Positions 29,641 to 40,093 of a stretch of 64,000 nucleotides of DNA are shown piece after piece. The notes under the pieces were generated by a model. The model ran no database searches and had not been told where the DNA came from. It saw nothing but the letters and a program-made list of their open reading frames with translations. The translations under genes and the position numbers were made by a program. Source of the stretch: Spirochaetia bacterium (lineage in GTDB: Bacteria; Spirochaetota; Spirochaetia; CADAEX01); NCBI GenBank assembly GCA_963668545.1, contig OY764868.1:3234015-3298014 (forward strand), read 5' to 3'. The stretch's first letter is position 1, and each line of letters begins with the position of its first letter.

Positions 29641-31038
29641 ATGGAGCTTAAGGAAATAACAACTACTCAGATATGCAGAGCAAGGGACCTCAGAATAGAA
29701 AAAACATCTGACTATTTAAAATGCGGTGCAGACGGAATAATCCTCTTTACCCTTAATATACCAGGGAGTATAAAGGATTCCCCCCTCTACAGAAAGGTTT
29801 TCAGGGCCGGAATCAGGGCAGTTACAGCTTCTTTCAGAAAGAATAAAATCGAATATTCAATCAGTGAGATTTCATTTCCAGAACAGGGTACTGGTCCCGA
29901 GGCATATATTACTTTCAGAAACCCCGATCTCATCTCTGTGAAAATGATCACATCCGGAATAGAAGAAAACCACCCTCTCGGCAGAATATATGATATTGAT
30001 ATATTTGACAAAAACCTTGATCAGATTAAATCAGGGAGGGAAATGAGAAAATGCTTTATATGTGAAAGGCCGGCATTTGAATGCGCAAGAAGCAGGAAAC
30101 ATCCCCTTTCCGAAGTTATAGAAAAAATAGATAAAGATGCAAAAGAATACTTCCATTCGCTGTTCTGGAGAATTGCATCAACTGCGGCAAGGGCAATGAT
30201 TACAGAGGTCCTGGCAACCCCCAAGCCGGGACTGGTTGACAGGGCCAATTCAGGTGCCCACTCGGATATGGATATTTTCACATTTGCAGACAGTACAACA
30301 GCACTTGTAAGGACATTCCATGACATGGCATTATGCGGATCCGGATACAGGGATCAACAGGAGGAGGAAGATCTTACAGGACTGCTTAACCCTTTGAGAA
30401 AAATCGGGCTTGAAGGGGAAAGGGAGATGTTCAGTATAACAGGGGGGGTAAACACTCAGAAAGGGCTGATCTTTTCCATCGGGATACTTTCTGGTGCTGC
30501 AGGATACCTGGCTTCAGAAAGCATGGAGAGAATAACAGCCGAAATTTTATGTGAAACAGGAAGCAGAATAGTAAGGGGAATAACAGAAAGGGATTTCAAA
30601 AAGACTGAAAACAGTTCATCTTCAATTACAAAAGGGGAAGAACTTTACAGAAAGCACGGGATAAAAGGGGCAAGGGGAGAAGCAGAAGGGGGCTTTAAAA
30701 CATCTCTCAGGGCATTATCAATTCTCAAGGAACATATCAGCATGGGAAGAGACTTCAACCAGTCGCTTGCAGATACACTTGCCCGCATAATATCAGAAAC
30801 AGTTGATACAAATATTCCCGGAAGAATTTCAATTGAGGCTCTTTCATATGCCGGGGAGAAGATGAGAAGCTTTTTGGATGATGGAGGGGTTTTCTCAGAC
30901 AGCGGAATGGAAAAACTGAATGCACTTGATTCAGACTTTACGGAAAAAAACATCAGCCCCGGCGGAAGCGCAGATATTCTTGCAACAGCTCTCTTCCTTT
31001 ACTTCCTGGAACAGAGACTTGAGAATTATGACAATTGA
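29641..31038 (+). CDS. citXG: fused CitX-CitG: apo-citrate lyase phosphoribosyl-dephospho-CoA transferase / triphosphoribosyl-dephospho-CoA synthase
   Basis: 465 aa. The C-terminal half has the CitG block ATPKPGLVDRANSGAHSDMD. The ~180-aa N-terminal half is CitX-sized. Confidence 0.75.
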   Translation: MELKEITTTQICRARDLRIEKTSDYLKCGADGIILFTLNIPGSIKDSPLYRKVFRAGIRAVTASFRKNKIEYSISEISFPEQGTGPEAYITFRNPDLISVKMITSGIEENHPLGRIYDIDIFDKNLDQIKSGREMRKCFICERPAFECARSRKHPLSEVIEKIDKDAKEYFHSLFWRIASTAARAMITEVLATPKPGLVDRANSGAHSDMDIFTFADSTTALVRTFHDMALCGSGYRDQQEEEDLTGLLNPLRKIGLEGEREMFSITGGVNTQKGLIFSIGILSGAAGYLASESMERITAEILCETGSRIVRGITERDFKKTENSSSSITKGEELYRKHGIKGARGEAEGGFKTSLRALSILKEHISMGRDFNQSLADTLARIISETVDTNIPGRISIEALSYAGEKMRSFLDDGGVFSDSGMEKLNALDSDFTEKNISPGGSADILATALFLYFLEQRLENYDN

Positions 31039-31783
31039 GGAACTTAACCAGTCTGTAAAAAACTGCTCACAATGCAGCCTGTCAGAAACAAGGACAAACG
31101 CTGTCTGCGGCGAAGGGAATCTGTATGCAAGAATCATGCTCATAGCCCAGGCGCCGGGAATAACCGAGGACAGGGAAGATAAAATGTTTACCGGACCCTC
31201 AGGTGTGGTTCTGGATGAACTTCTCGGGAATGCCGGAGTAGGCAGGGAAGAGATATACATGACAAATCTTGTTAAATGCATGCTCCCGAAAAACAGAAGG
31301 CCTAAACAGAAAGAGACAGAAACATGCACAACATTCCTGAAAGAGGAAATAAGAATAATAAATCCATATATACTGATTCCTCTCGGGTATTATGCGTCAA
31401 AATATATACTTAAAGAATACGCCCTTCTCGATCCTGAAAGACATGACTTAAATAAGATTTATGGTAAAATATTCTACAATGGAATAAAAAAAGTATTCCC
31501 CCTCCACCATCCTGCAGCTATTCTTCACAACAGCCTCTACAGGGAGGGGATAAGCAGGAGATACCTTAAAATGAAAGTTCTGAACAGAGACTGCAAATGG
31601 TATCAGGTCTGTCCCATGAAAAGATTCACAGATGAGGGAAAACTCAGCAGGAAATGGGTTGAGCTGTACTGCAGGGGTGACTGGGAAAGCTGTATACGCT
31701 ATCAGCTGGAGGAAAGGGGGGAATACCACCCTGACTGCATGCTTCCAGACGGAAGTATTGATAAAAAACTGCTTCGCTGCTAG
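31028..31783 (+). CDS. uracil-DNA glycosylase family 4 with ~70-aa Cys-rich C-terminal extension
   Basis: CSQCSL...GEGN...AQAPG...ED...FTGPSGVVLDELL matches the family-4 UDG signature. The C-terminal extension carries 7 Cys. Start at 31028 overlaps the citXG stop by 11 nt. Confidence 0.7.
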   Translation: MTIEELNQSVKNCSQCSLSETRTNAVCGEGNLYARIMLIAQAPGITEDREDKMFTGPSGVVLDELLGNAGVGREEIYMTNLVKCMLPKNRRPKQKETETCTTFLKEEIRIINPYILIPLGYYASKYILKEYALLDPERHDLNKIYGKIFYNGIKKVFPLHHPAAILHNSLYREGISRRYLKMKVLNRDCKWYQVCPMKRFTDEGKLSRKWVELYCRGDWESCIRYQLEERGEYHPDCMLPDGSIDKKLLRC

Positions 31784-31799
31784 TCAATGAAGAATCCAG

Positions 31800-32699
31800 C
31801 TACTGCTTGCTGTATCCCTTTGCCCATGCAAACATTATATTTATGAAGTTCTTCAGGTTGTCGGAAAAATATTTGTCAATATGATAAATCATATAGAATT
31901 TTCTGCTCAAATCTGAATCATCAATATGAAGGGCTGCAAGCTCACCTGTCTGGACCTCTTTTTCTACAACCTTTCTGGAAATAACAGCATAACCTGCGCC
32001 GTGCATGACCATGTTTTTCACAGCCTCTGTATCTGAAAGAATACATACAGTCTTGAATTTAATCTTGTTTCTTTTTGTAAACTGCTCAACAGTATCCATT
32101 GTTCCGCTCCCCTTTTCAAAAAGAATCATGGGAAGCCTGTCAAGCTCGGCAGGGTTTATCTTGCTGTGCCTGGCCAGTTCGGAATTGGGAGATGATATAA
32201 GGACAAAGTTTTCATTGAATATTTCGCGTGAAATTATTTTCGGATTTTTAACTTTATGGGAGACTATTCCGAAATCATTTTCCATCCTGACAGTTGTATT
32301 GATTACATTTTCGTTAGGCATCGCATAAACAGCCACCTTGATGTCAGGAAACTGGTTAAGAAAATCAGGCATGAAATCTGGAAGATAGTATGAACTGAAA
32401 CTGTTGATGGTATTTATTACAACATTCCCCTTCTTCTGCCGCTTATAGTCTCTTATGCTTTCCTCAATTCGGGCTTCAGATTCGAAAATATCAACAGCCA
32501 TGTTATAAATCATGACCCCGGCATCAGTGAGAACAAATCTTTTACCTGTCTTGTTGATAAGTGTAAGACCGGTTTTTTCCTGAAGGTCCTGCACCTGACG
32601 TGTTACTGAGGGCTGTGTAATATCAAGGTGTCCTGCAGCTTTGGTAAAGCTGCTGAATTTCGCTGTGTAATAAAATGATTTCAGATTATCTAGATTCAT
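31800..32699 (-). CDS. LysR family transcriptional regulator
   Basis: N-terminal HTH (FTKAAGHLDITQPSVTRQVQDLQE) plus a LysR substrate-binding domain. Confidence 0.85.
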   Translation of the reverse strand: MNLDNLKSFYYTAKFSSFTKAAGHLDITQPSVTRQVQDLQEKTGLTLINKTGKRFVLTDAGVMIYNMAVDIFESEARIEESIRDYKRQKKGNVVINTINSFSSYYLPDFMPDFLNQFPDIKVAVYAMPNENVINTTVRMENDFGIVSHKVKNPKIISREIFNENFVLISSPNSELARHSKINPAELDRLPMILFEKGSGTMDTVEQFTKRNKIKFKTVCILSDTEAVKNMVMHGAGYAVISRKVVEKEVQTGELAALHIDDSDLSRKFYMIYHIDKYFSDNLKNFINIMFAWAKGYSKQ

Positions 32700-33013
32700 A
32701 TATCGTTCTCACAATATTAATTTTCACACCCCCGAAATAATAATAAGGAGCTGTTTTCCCCACAGACGTGAATCTTAACCGGAATATCCATCCGGAGTGC
32801 GGCAGTTGCAGTTTGAAAATTGTATTTCAAAAAATATATTTATGCAACCAGACCCGGATTCCCGTATCTGCTTCATCTATATTATACAGTATTAAAAACA
32901 GTTTAGATATAACAAAAATCCGGGACTGCAGAATGGGAATATATATCCGCTATAATCTGAAGCGGAAGGAGGTTTCAGGCCGGCCCCAATCCGGCCCTTC
33001 ACCTTTAACAACA

Positions 33014-34162
33014 TCAGGCAAGAACAGGGACAATAGCGAGCAGGATACCTGCGGCTACAGCAGAGCCGATAACACCGCTCACATTAGGCCCCATTGCATG
33101 CATAAGGAGGAAGTTCTCAGGATTTGCCTCCTGACCAACTTTATTAACAATTCTGGCTGACATTGGAACAGCTGAAACTCCGGCAGCCCCGATAAGGGGA
33201 TTAATAGGATCCTTCCTGAATTTGTTCATCAGTTTGGCAAGGAGAACACCGGAAGCAGTCCCGATTGCAAATGCAATCAGCCCCAGGAGGAGGATAGCAA
33301 GGGTTTCAGGATTAAGAAATTTGTCAGCCTGAAGTTTGGAACCAACAGCAAGTCCAAGCATTATTGTAATAATATTTATAAGCTCATTTTTGGCTGTATT
33401 GGCAAGACGGTCTGTTACACCGCTTTCTTTCAGGATATTACCGAACATCAGACACCCGACCAGAGGTGTTGCTGTCGGGAGAAAGAGTATTGTTATAGAT
33501 AAAACAACAAGAGGGAAAAGTATTTTCTCGCGCTGGGACACTTCCCTGAGCTGCACCATTTTAATCTTCCGCTCTTTCTCTGTTGTAAGAAGTTTCATTA
33601 TAGGGGGCTGGATAATAGGGACAAGAGCCATATATGAGTATGCAGCTACTGCAATTGCCCCCAGATAACGCTCCGAAAACCGGCTGGCAAGAAAGATTGC
33701 GGTAGGCCCGTCCGCACCCCCTATTATACCGATCGATGCAGCATCAAAAAGGTTGAAGTCAATAAACGGAAGCTTTGAAAGCATTATTGCCCCGAATATT
33801 GTAAAGAAAATACCGAACTGTGCTGCCGCCCCGAGAATAAACATAGTAGGATTTGCTATAAGGGGACCGAAATCTGTCATTGCCCCGACACCCATGAATA
33901 TGAAAAGGGGGAACATACCTGATTCAATACCGAAATGATATATCTGACCGATAAATCCGTCAGGACCGGCTATCCCTGCAATAGGGATATTGGCCAGAAG
34001 CCCTCCGAAACCTATTGGGAGAAGAAGGAGAGGTTCAAAATTCTTTACAATAGCCAGAAAAACGAGAAGAAGGCTGATTGCTATCATAATTATTGTCTTT
34101 ATGTCAAAATTATAGATACCGCTTGACGCCCAGAAATTTTTTATCGCTTCAATAAATTCCAT
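33014..34162 (-). CDS. oadB: Na+-translocating oxaloacetate decarboxylase beta subunit
   Basis: 382 aa polytopic membrane protein of the OadB/GcdB/MmdB family. Confidence 0.85.
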   Translation of the reverse strand: MEFIEAIKNFWASSGIYNFDIKTIIMIAISLLLVFLAIVKNFEPLLLLPIGFGGLLANIPIAGIAGPDGFIGQIYHFGIESGMFPLFIFMGVGAMTDFGPLIANPTMFILGAAAQFGIFFTIFGAIMLSKLPFIDFNLFDAASIGIIGGADGPTAIFLASRFSERYLGAIAVAAYSYMALVPIIQPPIMKLLTTEKERKIKMVQLREVSQREKILFPLVVLSITILFLPTATPLVGCLMFGNILKESGVTDRLANTAKNELINIITIMLGLAVGSKLQADKFLNPETLAILLLGLIAFAIGTASGVLLAKLMNKFRKDPINPLIGAAGVSAVPMSARIVNKVGQEANPENFLLMHAMGPNVSGVIGSAVAAGILLAIVPVLA

Positions 34163-34165
34163 AAG

Positions 34166-36034
34166 TTAAGCCTCAATAACCATCAGTGCATCACCGGTTT
34201 TTATCTGATCGCCGGTTCTTACATTGATATTTACTATTTCTCCGGGATTATAGGTTTTAACCTCTACTTCCATCTTCATGCTGTCAAGAATCAATACAAC
34301 ATCACCATCTGAGACCTCATCACCCTCTTTAACCCTGATATCAACAACTGAACCGGGCAGGGGGGACCTCAATACCCCGTCAAAATCATCAGAAGAGGTT
34401 TTTTCAGGCTTTGAAGCTCCCTTTTCCTCTTTTTTCCGGCCCTTCTTTTCAAGTTTCCCAGCTTTCTTTATTGCCTTGATATCAACATCAATAAGCTCAT
34501 CATTTACAATGGCTTTCTGGCCGTCCATCCTTATCCTGTACTCTTTCCCGTTTACATTGACAACATATTCATTGCTGCCTTTTTCTTCAGGCTGAACCGC
34601 TTCTGCCGCGCTGCCTGCGGCAGGGGTGCTTACCACCTTGAAAACCTTTTCCTCACCTTTACCATTCAGAAAATTAACACCTTTTTCGCCGCATACTGCT
34701 GCAATAAATACATTTTCTTCAGTTTCTTCAAGGTTTTCTTGCTTAAGCATCTCCATGGCAGAAGGGATTCCCTTGTTTTTGTCTTTATCATTGAGTTCAA
34801 GTACAGATCCGGAAAACTCTTCAAGATTCAGCTTTTCCTTTGCAATCTTAATAATTTCAGAATCAGGTTTTACCGGGGTTTTTCCGAAATAACCGAGAAT
34901 CATTTTACCGTATCCGTCTGCAATCCTTGCCCAGGGGCCGAAAAACTCATTGTTGAATGCCTGCTGAAAATAAAACTGGGAAACAGGAGTAACACTGGTT
35001 CCCCCCCCGCCGCAGGCAATAACCTCATTCATCCTGTCCATTACCTTTGTATATCTTTCCTCTTCAATACCCATGTCTCTCATCATGTTGGTATTTGCTG
35101 TAAGGGCGCCGCCCGGCATAGCAGAAGAGATAATATCCGGATCAGTTTTTCTTGCCTCTACAGGAAATACATAATCTGATAATGCCTTTTTAAGTGCGTT
35201 TTCCGCTTTCCTGACCTTTGCATAGTCAATATCAAGATAATAATCCGTACCTTTGAGAATATGTGCCATTGAAAGAACGTCAGGCTGTGCAGTCCCCCCC
35301 GATACAGGGGCAATGGAAAGGTCTACCTGGTCAGCTCCTGCTTCTACCGCTGCCATATATGAGGAAAGGCATGTCCCTGCAGAACTGTGGCTGTGATAAA
35401 CAATCTTTTTCTCATCGCCTATAAGCTTTCTTGCTTCTTTAATTGTTTCATGAACTGTTCTGGGTGTAGAAGTCCCTGCAGCATCCTTGAAACAGAGCGA
35501 TGTGAAAGGAATACCTTCGGCAAGGATTGTTTTTAAAATATTAATATAGAATTCCTTATCATGAAGACCTTTTACAGGTTCCGGAATATCCATCATTGTA
35601 ATACAGATTTCATGATTGAGCCCTGCACTGCTGATGCACTTTCCTGAATAAACAAGATTATTGACATCATTGAGAGCATCAAAATTTCTGATTGTTGTTA
35701 TACCGTGTTTTTTGAAAAGCTTAGCATGAAGGTCAATCACATCTGAAGACTGTGATTCAAGGCCTATTACATTGATACCCCTGGAAAGGGTCTGAAGGTT
35801 GACATCAGGACCTGCTATCTCACGGTATTTATCCATAATTTCGAAAGGATTTTCGTTGCAGTAAAATATCAGAGACTGAAACTGCGCTCCTCCCCCAACT
35901 TCAAAATGGCTGAAACCGGCTTCACATGCTGCTTCAAATGCCGGCAGTATGTCAGCTCCTTTTACCCTGCTTCCGAAATAAGACTGAAATCCGTCGCGGA
36001 AGGCAGTCACCATAAAATCAATCTTCTTTTTCAT
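34166..36034 (-). CDS. oadA: oxaloacetate decarboxylase alpha subunit (carboxyltransferase + biotinyl domain)
   Basis: N-terminal carboxyltransferase TIM barrel; C-terminal biotin carrier with AMKM-like EAMKMEV (LDSMKMEVEV). Confidence 0.9.
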   Translation of the reverse strand: MKKKIDFMVTAFRDGFQSYFGSRVKGADILPAFEAACEAGFSHFEVGGGAQFQSLIFYCNENPFEIMDKYREIAGPDVNLQTLSRGINVIGLESQSSDVIDLHAKLFKKHGITTIRNFDALNDVNNLVYSGKCISSAGLNHEICITMMDIPEPVKGLHDKEFYINILKTILAEGIPFTSLCFKDAAGTSTPRTVHETIKEARKLIGDEKKIVYHSHSSAGTCLSSYMAAVEAGADQVDLSIAPVSGGTAQPDVLSMAHILKGTDYYLDIDYAKVRKAENALKKALSDYVFPVEARKTDPDIISSAMPGGALTANTNMMRDMGIEEERYTKVMDRMNEVIACGGGGTSVTPVSQFYFQQAFNNEFFGPWARIADGYGKMILGYFGKTPVKPDSEIIKIAKEKLNLEEFSGSVLELNDKDKNKGIPSAMEMLKQENLEETEENVFIAAVCGEKGVNFLNGKGEEKVFKVVSTPAAGSAAEAVQPEEKGSNEYVVNVNGKEYRIRMDGQKAIVNDELIDVDIKAIKKAGKLEKKGRKKEEKGASKPEKTSSDDFDGVLRSPLPGSVVDIRVKEGDEVSDGDVVLILDSMKMEVEVKTYNPGEIVNINVRTGDQIKTGDALMVIEA

Positions 36035-36277
36035 TTATGAATCCTGTCCTTGTTATTTATTTCTGTGCCCCTTTATAAGAAGTAAATACCCTTTAAGGAT
36101 CTCAATATACTTCACAAAACAGCTGTTCTATTAAATCACACATTTAAGGATAGAACATCCGGGGGGGAATCTGCGCCTTGACAGCGCTTCCAGGGGGAAA
36201 AAACACCCTGTGATTATAAAAATACCCTGCAGGCGGAATCACCTTCAGGGCATTATAATTTTATCTTTTAATTCAGC

Positions 36278-36463
36278 TTAACCCATTGAATGTCTCAGGG
36301 CTGCAATTGCTATTGCAATATCCTTGTCTCTGTCGCTTTTTCTTCTGAATGAAAGTTTTCCTTCTTCAAACAGGGCCAGAAGCTTAACTGCTCCGATCAT
36401 AACAGCCAAAAGCAAGAATACTGTTACCATTCCGATAAGTGTTATTATTAATCCTACTGTCAT
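36278..36463 (-). CDS. oadG: oxaloacetate decarboxylase gamma subunit
   Basis: 61 aa with a single TM, OadG-like; directly upstream of oadA on the same strand. Confidence 0.65.
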   Translation of the reverse strand: MTVGLIITLIGMVTVFLLLAVMIGAVKLLALFEEGKLSFRRKSDRDKDIAIAIAALRHSMG

Positions 36464-36580
36464 CTCAAACCTCCAACCTGTTTTTATGTATTGTTATGAT
36501 ACATATATATAAATATTTTTGTATGGTTATCATGTATATTTGTATTATACGGCAGATTGTTTATCCGGTCAATAGATTAA

Positions 36581-36618
36581 ATCAGATAAAAATATCTTTT
36601 TTCATTTTTTTATCTGAT
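36581..36618. promoter_or_regulatory. 12-bp perfect inverted repeat ATCAGATAAAAA-N14-TTTTTATCTGAT between cobB and oadG
   Basis: Located about 120 nt upstream (minus-strand sense) of oadG. Could be an operator (LysR or other) or a weak cobB terminator. Confidence 0.35.
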
Positions 36619-36728
36619 CCCTGGATTGGCTGAAAAGCTTAAAAAATATTCCTGATTAAAAAGGTATTGAGTGAGGAAAGAGTTCTTAAAAGGTCAGGAA
36701 TGGCCAGAATTGATACAGATGCTGCTGC

Positions 36729-37463
36729 TTAACCGATATTTGCAGAAATATATCTGAAAACTTCTTCCAGTTCCCTGTATCTCAGAGCTGCATAGCTGTC
36801 AAGCGGGGTTTCCATATTATTCACAATAATAATTTCACCGCCGCTTCTGAGTGTATAGAGAGGAAATGATGCTGCAGGCTGGACAAGAAGTGTAGATCCG
36901 AGTACAAGCATCAGGTCCGCCTTTAACGATTCTTCAACTGCTTTTTCAAGAGCTGCCTCAGGAAGCATCTCGCCGAAAAAAACAACATCAGGCTTGATAT
37001 CATTACCGCATTCAGGACAGACAGGATATGTGCCGGTCCTTACAATTCTGCATACTTTTTCATATTCCATTTCCGTACCGCAGGAAACACACTTGTGAAC
37101 AGAAGGGGAACCGTGGACCTCTATGATATTTTCAGATCCCCCCTTCTGATGCAGAAGATCAATATTCTGGGTAATAACAGTTTTTACAATACCTTTTTTT
37201 TCAAGCCTTGCGAGCTCGGTATGGACAATGGAAGGTTCTTTTTCATCAAGGTTGTATATAAGGTCCCTGGACTTCTGATAATAATAGTTGGGATTATTTC
37301 TGAAATATCCTATGTCGAATATTTTTGAAGCATCCTCTTCCCTGTAAATACCGTTTTTTCCCCTGAAATCCCGGATCCCTGAGAGAGTTGAAACACCGGC
37401 CCCTGTAAAAACAACACAGTAATCAGAATTTATAAGCTTTTTTACCAGTCTTTCCATATACAC
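36729..37463 (-). CDS. cobB: NAD-dependent protein deacylase (Sir2 family, CobB)
   Basis: GAGVSTLSGIRDFRG, a Zn-ribbon (CxxC...CxxC) and the QNIDxLH block. Confidence 0.85.
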   Translation of the reverse strand: MYMERLVKKLINSDYCVVFTGAGVSTLSGIRDFRGKNGIYREEDASKIFDIGYFRNNPNYYYQKSRDLIYNLDEKEPSIVHTELARLEKKGIVKTVITQNIDLLHQKGGSENIIEVHGSPSVHKCVSCGTEMEYEKVCRIVRTGTYPVCPECGNDIKPDVVFFGEMLPEAALEKAVEESLKADLMLVLGSTLLVQPAASFPLYTLRSGGEIIIVNNMETPLDSYAALRYRELEEVFRYISANIG

Positions 37464-37493
37464 CCCGATTATCTTTCTGCCGGAGAAAAAACT

Positions 37494-38648
37494 TCAGCGG
37501 TAGTTATTCTCTGCAAACTTCTTGAATGTATAGAGAGAATCGCTGAAGTCTTTTCTGCCAAGTCCTATGCGGAAATATCTGTCATCATAACCGAACAGCT
37601 TTCCGGGCAGCATAAGAAGGTCAAACTCCCTGATCAGCTTATCAGAAGCACTGCTTGCTGAAACACCACCCCTGAAACAGGGGAATGCTACAGAGCCGCC
37701 TGAAGGTTCGTTCCACTGTACAATATCTTCAAGATCCTCAAAGACACAGATTGCATAATCAAGATTACCCCTTACAATGTCGCTGCTCCTGGTAATCAGG
37801 TATTCACGGTGCCGAAGAGCTATTCTGGCAACTTCCTCGGAAGGAGCGCTGTTGCAGATTGTTGTATAGTCCTTCATATGGGCAATTTTCCCGTAAAGCT
37901 CCCTGTTTTTAAGAGCAATCCAGCCTATCCTGAGACCGGGAAGGCCGAATGACTTGGAAAGACCGAAAAGGGAAACACTGTTTTCATATACTGTGCAGCA
38001 TGCAGGAAGAGGCTCGCGGTAATTATGCTCCAGGAGCCAGTACATCTCGTCTGAAAAGATAAAAATATCATGCTTTCTTGCTATTTCAATAATACTTCTG
38101 TATTCATCAAGTGAAGGGATAAATCCGGTGGGGTTGTGGGGAAAATTGATGAAAAGAGCTTTGAGCCCCTTTTCAGCCTCTTTTTCCAGAACATTTATAT
38201 CAATGGACCACTCCCCATCCCTGTTTTCAAGGTTCCACTTTACAAGATCGCATCCGAGGAAACCGGAAATTGATTCAAAAGACTGGTATATGGGGTTAAG
38301 AAACATTACCCTGTCTCCCTTTTCAAGCAGGGAGTTGAGGGTCAGGTATATACACTCTTCTGGAGCTGCGACAAATATTTCATCAGCGGAAAACCCGGAA
38401 TAAAGCTCTGAAATCTCCTGCCTGAGAGATTCCGAACCGTTTGATTCTGTATAGCCGAGATTCATATTCAGAAAATCGTTCCTTTCCTCATTATCAAGAA
38501 GATTGAGTATCCTGTTGAGCGACAGTGTCTCGCAGTCGGAACAGCTCAGCTGTTTTGAAACGGAAAATTCATATTCCGCAAAATATCTCTCAAGCCTGAA
38601 TGGTTCATATTTCATAACTCCCCCCGCAGTCATCTTCGTTTTTTTCAA
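37494..38648 (-). CDS. PLP-dependent aminotransferase class I/II
   Basis: NFPHNPTG block; SKSFGLPGLRIGW lysine region. Confidence 0.7.
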   Translation of the reverse strand: MKKTKMTAGGVMKYEPFRLERYFAEYEFSVSKQLSCSDCETLSLNRILNLLDNEERNDFLNMNLGYTESNGSESLRQEISELYSGFSADEIFVAAPEECIYLTLNSLLEKGDRVMFLNPIYQSFESISGFLGCDLVKWNLENRDGEWSIDINVLEKEAEKGLKALFINFPHNPTGFIPSLDEYRSIIEIARKHDIFIFSDEMYWLLEHNYREPLPACCTVYENSVSLFGLSKSFGLPGLRIGWIALKNRELYGKIAHMKDYTTICNSAPSEEVARIALRHREYLITRSSDIVRGNLDYAICVFEDLEDIVQWNEPSGGSVAFPCFRGGVSASSASDKLIREFDLLMLPGKLFGYDDRYFRIGLGRKDFSDSLYTFKKFAENNYR

Positions 38649-38754
38649 TAAAAAAGAGGAACAGACATGAAAATGTCTTTATGCCTGCCTATACACTATA
38701 TCCTTTAATCCTGTCTGTAAAATATTTTTTAAAAAAGCTGCTCATCTGCCTGAA

Positions 38755-39963
38755 TCAGAGAATGATTCTGCCGTACTTTCCGTCAAATCCATAGACAATA
38801 TCAAAGGAATTGTTTTTTATCCTTTTTATCCCCTCGCAAACCTCATCAGGGACCCCTTTCAGCTCAGGCATTTCATCACCGAGCCAGATTGAGCTTTCCC
38901 TCCCTGTCTGCATTATGATATTCATGTAGATATCAGCTGCCTTTTTTGTCCCTGCTCCGCATGAAAGGCTTTCAGCAATAACCTCAATCAGCGGAATCTG
39001 GTAGACAAACGGCTGAACATTTTTTTCAATTCCCCTGTAGAGAAATTCAGTCCTCTCCTTAACCCCTTTCACAAGAGGCTTTCCGCAGACAGGACAGATC
39101 TCAGGGGGATTATCAGTAAAAAAGACATCCTCTCCGTGATGCCCTTCCCTGTCGCCCCTGTGGCCTGTCAGATAATACCTTCCCTCGAAGGGGGGGAATT
39201 CAGCAGTTTTGACTATCTTTGAATTTTTAATTGAACTGAAAACTGCCTCGGTACCTGCCTCATCAGCCTCAATCTCTGTAAACTCCCTTCCCAGCCTGTT
39301 GAACGCTGCAGAATGGGCATCGCTTGATGAAATTACAGGTACAGATAATGCACCTGATACTGAGGACAGCATTTCTGGGTCGGCGCTCAGCCCCGACTCG
39401 ACAGCATCAATAAGGTTCTGGCATTCCCCCCATATCTCGTAAACAGAATCAACAGGGTTCTTTCCGCCGAGTATCCCGTCCGGAGTTACAACATGGGCAG
39501 GAATAAGAAGGGACGGTATTTTTTTCTTGAAATCGGAGAAAAACTGCTGCATCTCCCCGGCTGATTCAAACTTGACAAACGGGCGCCCTATTCCGAGCTT
39601 GCTTCCCTTTGACAGGAACATTTTCCTTGCTTCGGGAATGCTTTTCCTGTCCCTGAAAAGAATAACCATATGAAAGAGTTTTCTCTTTTTTTCATCCCTT
39701 GAGTAGGGAAGAGTAACAATCACCTCTGTCTGGGGAAAGAGATAGAGGTCCCGCCCCCCCCGGCTTATATTCCAGAGCTGCTTTTTCCCGTCAAATTCAA
39801 ACTCAGCATCAAGCTCGTTTTCCCATTTTTCAAGAAGTATGTCTCCGCTACCGTATATATCAATTCCCTTTGCCCCCATCACAAAACGGAGCCGTTCAAA
39901 ATCAACCTTTCCGCTGGCGCCGGCATAGGGGGAATGGGAATGCAAATCAACAACTAGATCCAT
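38755..39963 (-). CDS. PHP-domain protein of the endonuclease Q / TIGR00375 family
   Basis: N-terminal DLHSHSPYAG PHP motif; C-terminal CPVCGKPL zinc finger; 402 aa. Confidence 0.5.
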   Translation of the reverse strand: MDLVVDLHSHSPYAGASGKVDFERLRFVMGAKGIDIYGSGDILLEKWENELDAEFEFDGKKQLWNISRGGRDLYLFPQTEVIVTLPYSRDEKKRKLFHMVILFRDRKSIPEARKMFLSKGSKLGIGRPFVKFESAGEMQQFFSDFKKKIPSLLIPAHVVTPDGILGGKNPVDSVYEIWGECQNLIDAVESGLSADPEMLSSVSGALSVPVISSSDAHSAAFNRLGREFTEIEADEAGTEAVFSSIKNSKIVKTAEFPPFEGRYYLTGHRGDREGHHGEDVFFTDNPPEICPVCGKPLVKGVKERTEFLYRGIEKNVQPFVYQIPLIEVIAESLSCGAGTKKAADIYMNIIMQTGRESSIWLGDEMPELKGVPDEVCEGIKRIKNNSFDIVYGFDGKYGRIIL

Positions 39964-40093
39964 TAAAATATCCTTATACTAAAAACACTGGTGATAAGCG
40001 ATTATAGAATAAATCCCGGTAAGAGTAAAACATTCTTTTACCCCGGGGAGGGAATGGTACAACAGATGAAAATCTGCTAGATTTCTACTCGTC

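Noticed and set aside
32700-33013. GC-rich hairpin GGCCGGattggggCCGGCC just downstream of oadB
   Set aside because: No T-run follows on the transcribed strand, so it may be a weak terminator or stabiliser, but the evidence is insufficient.
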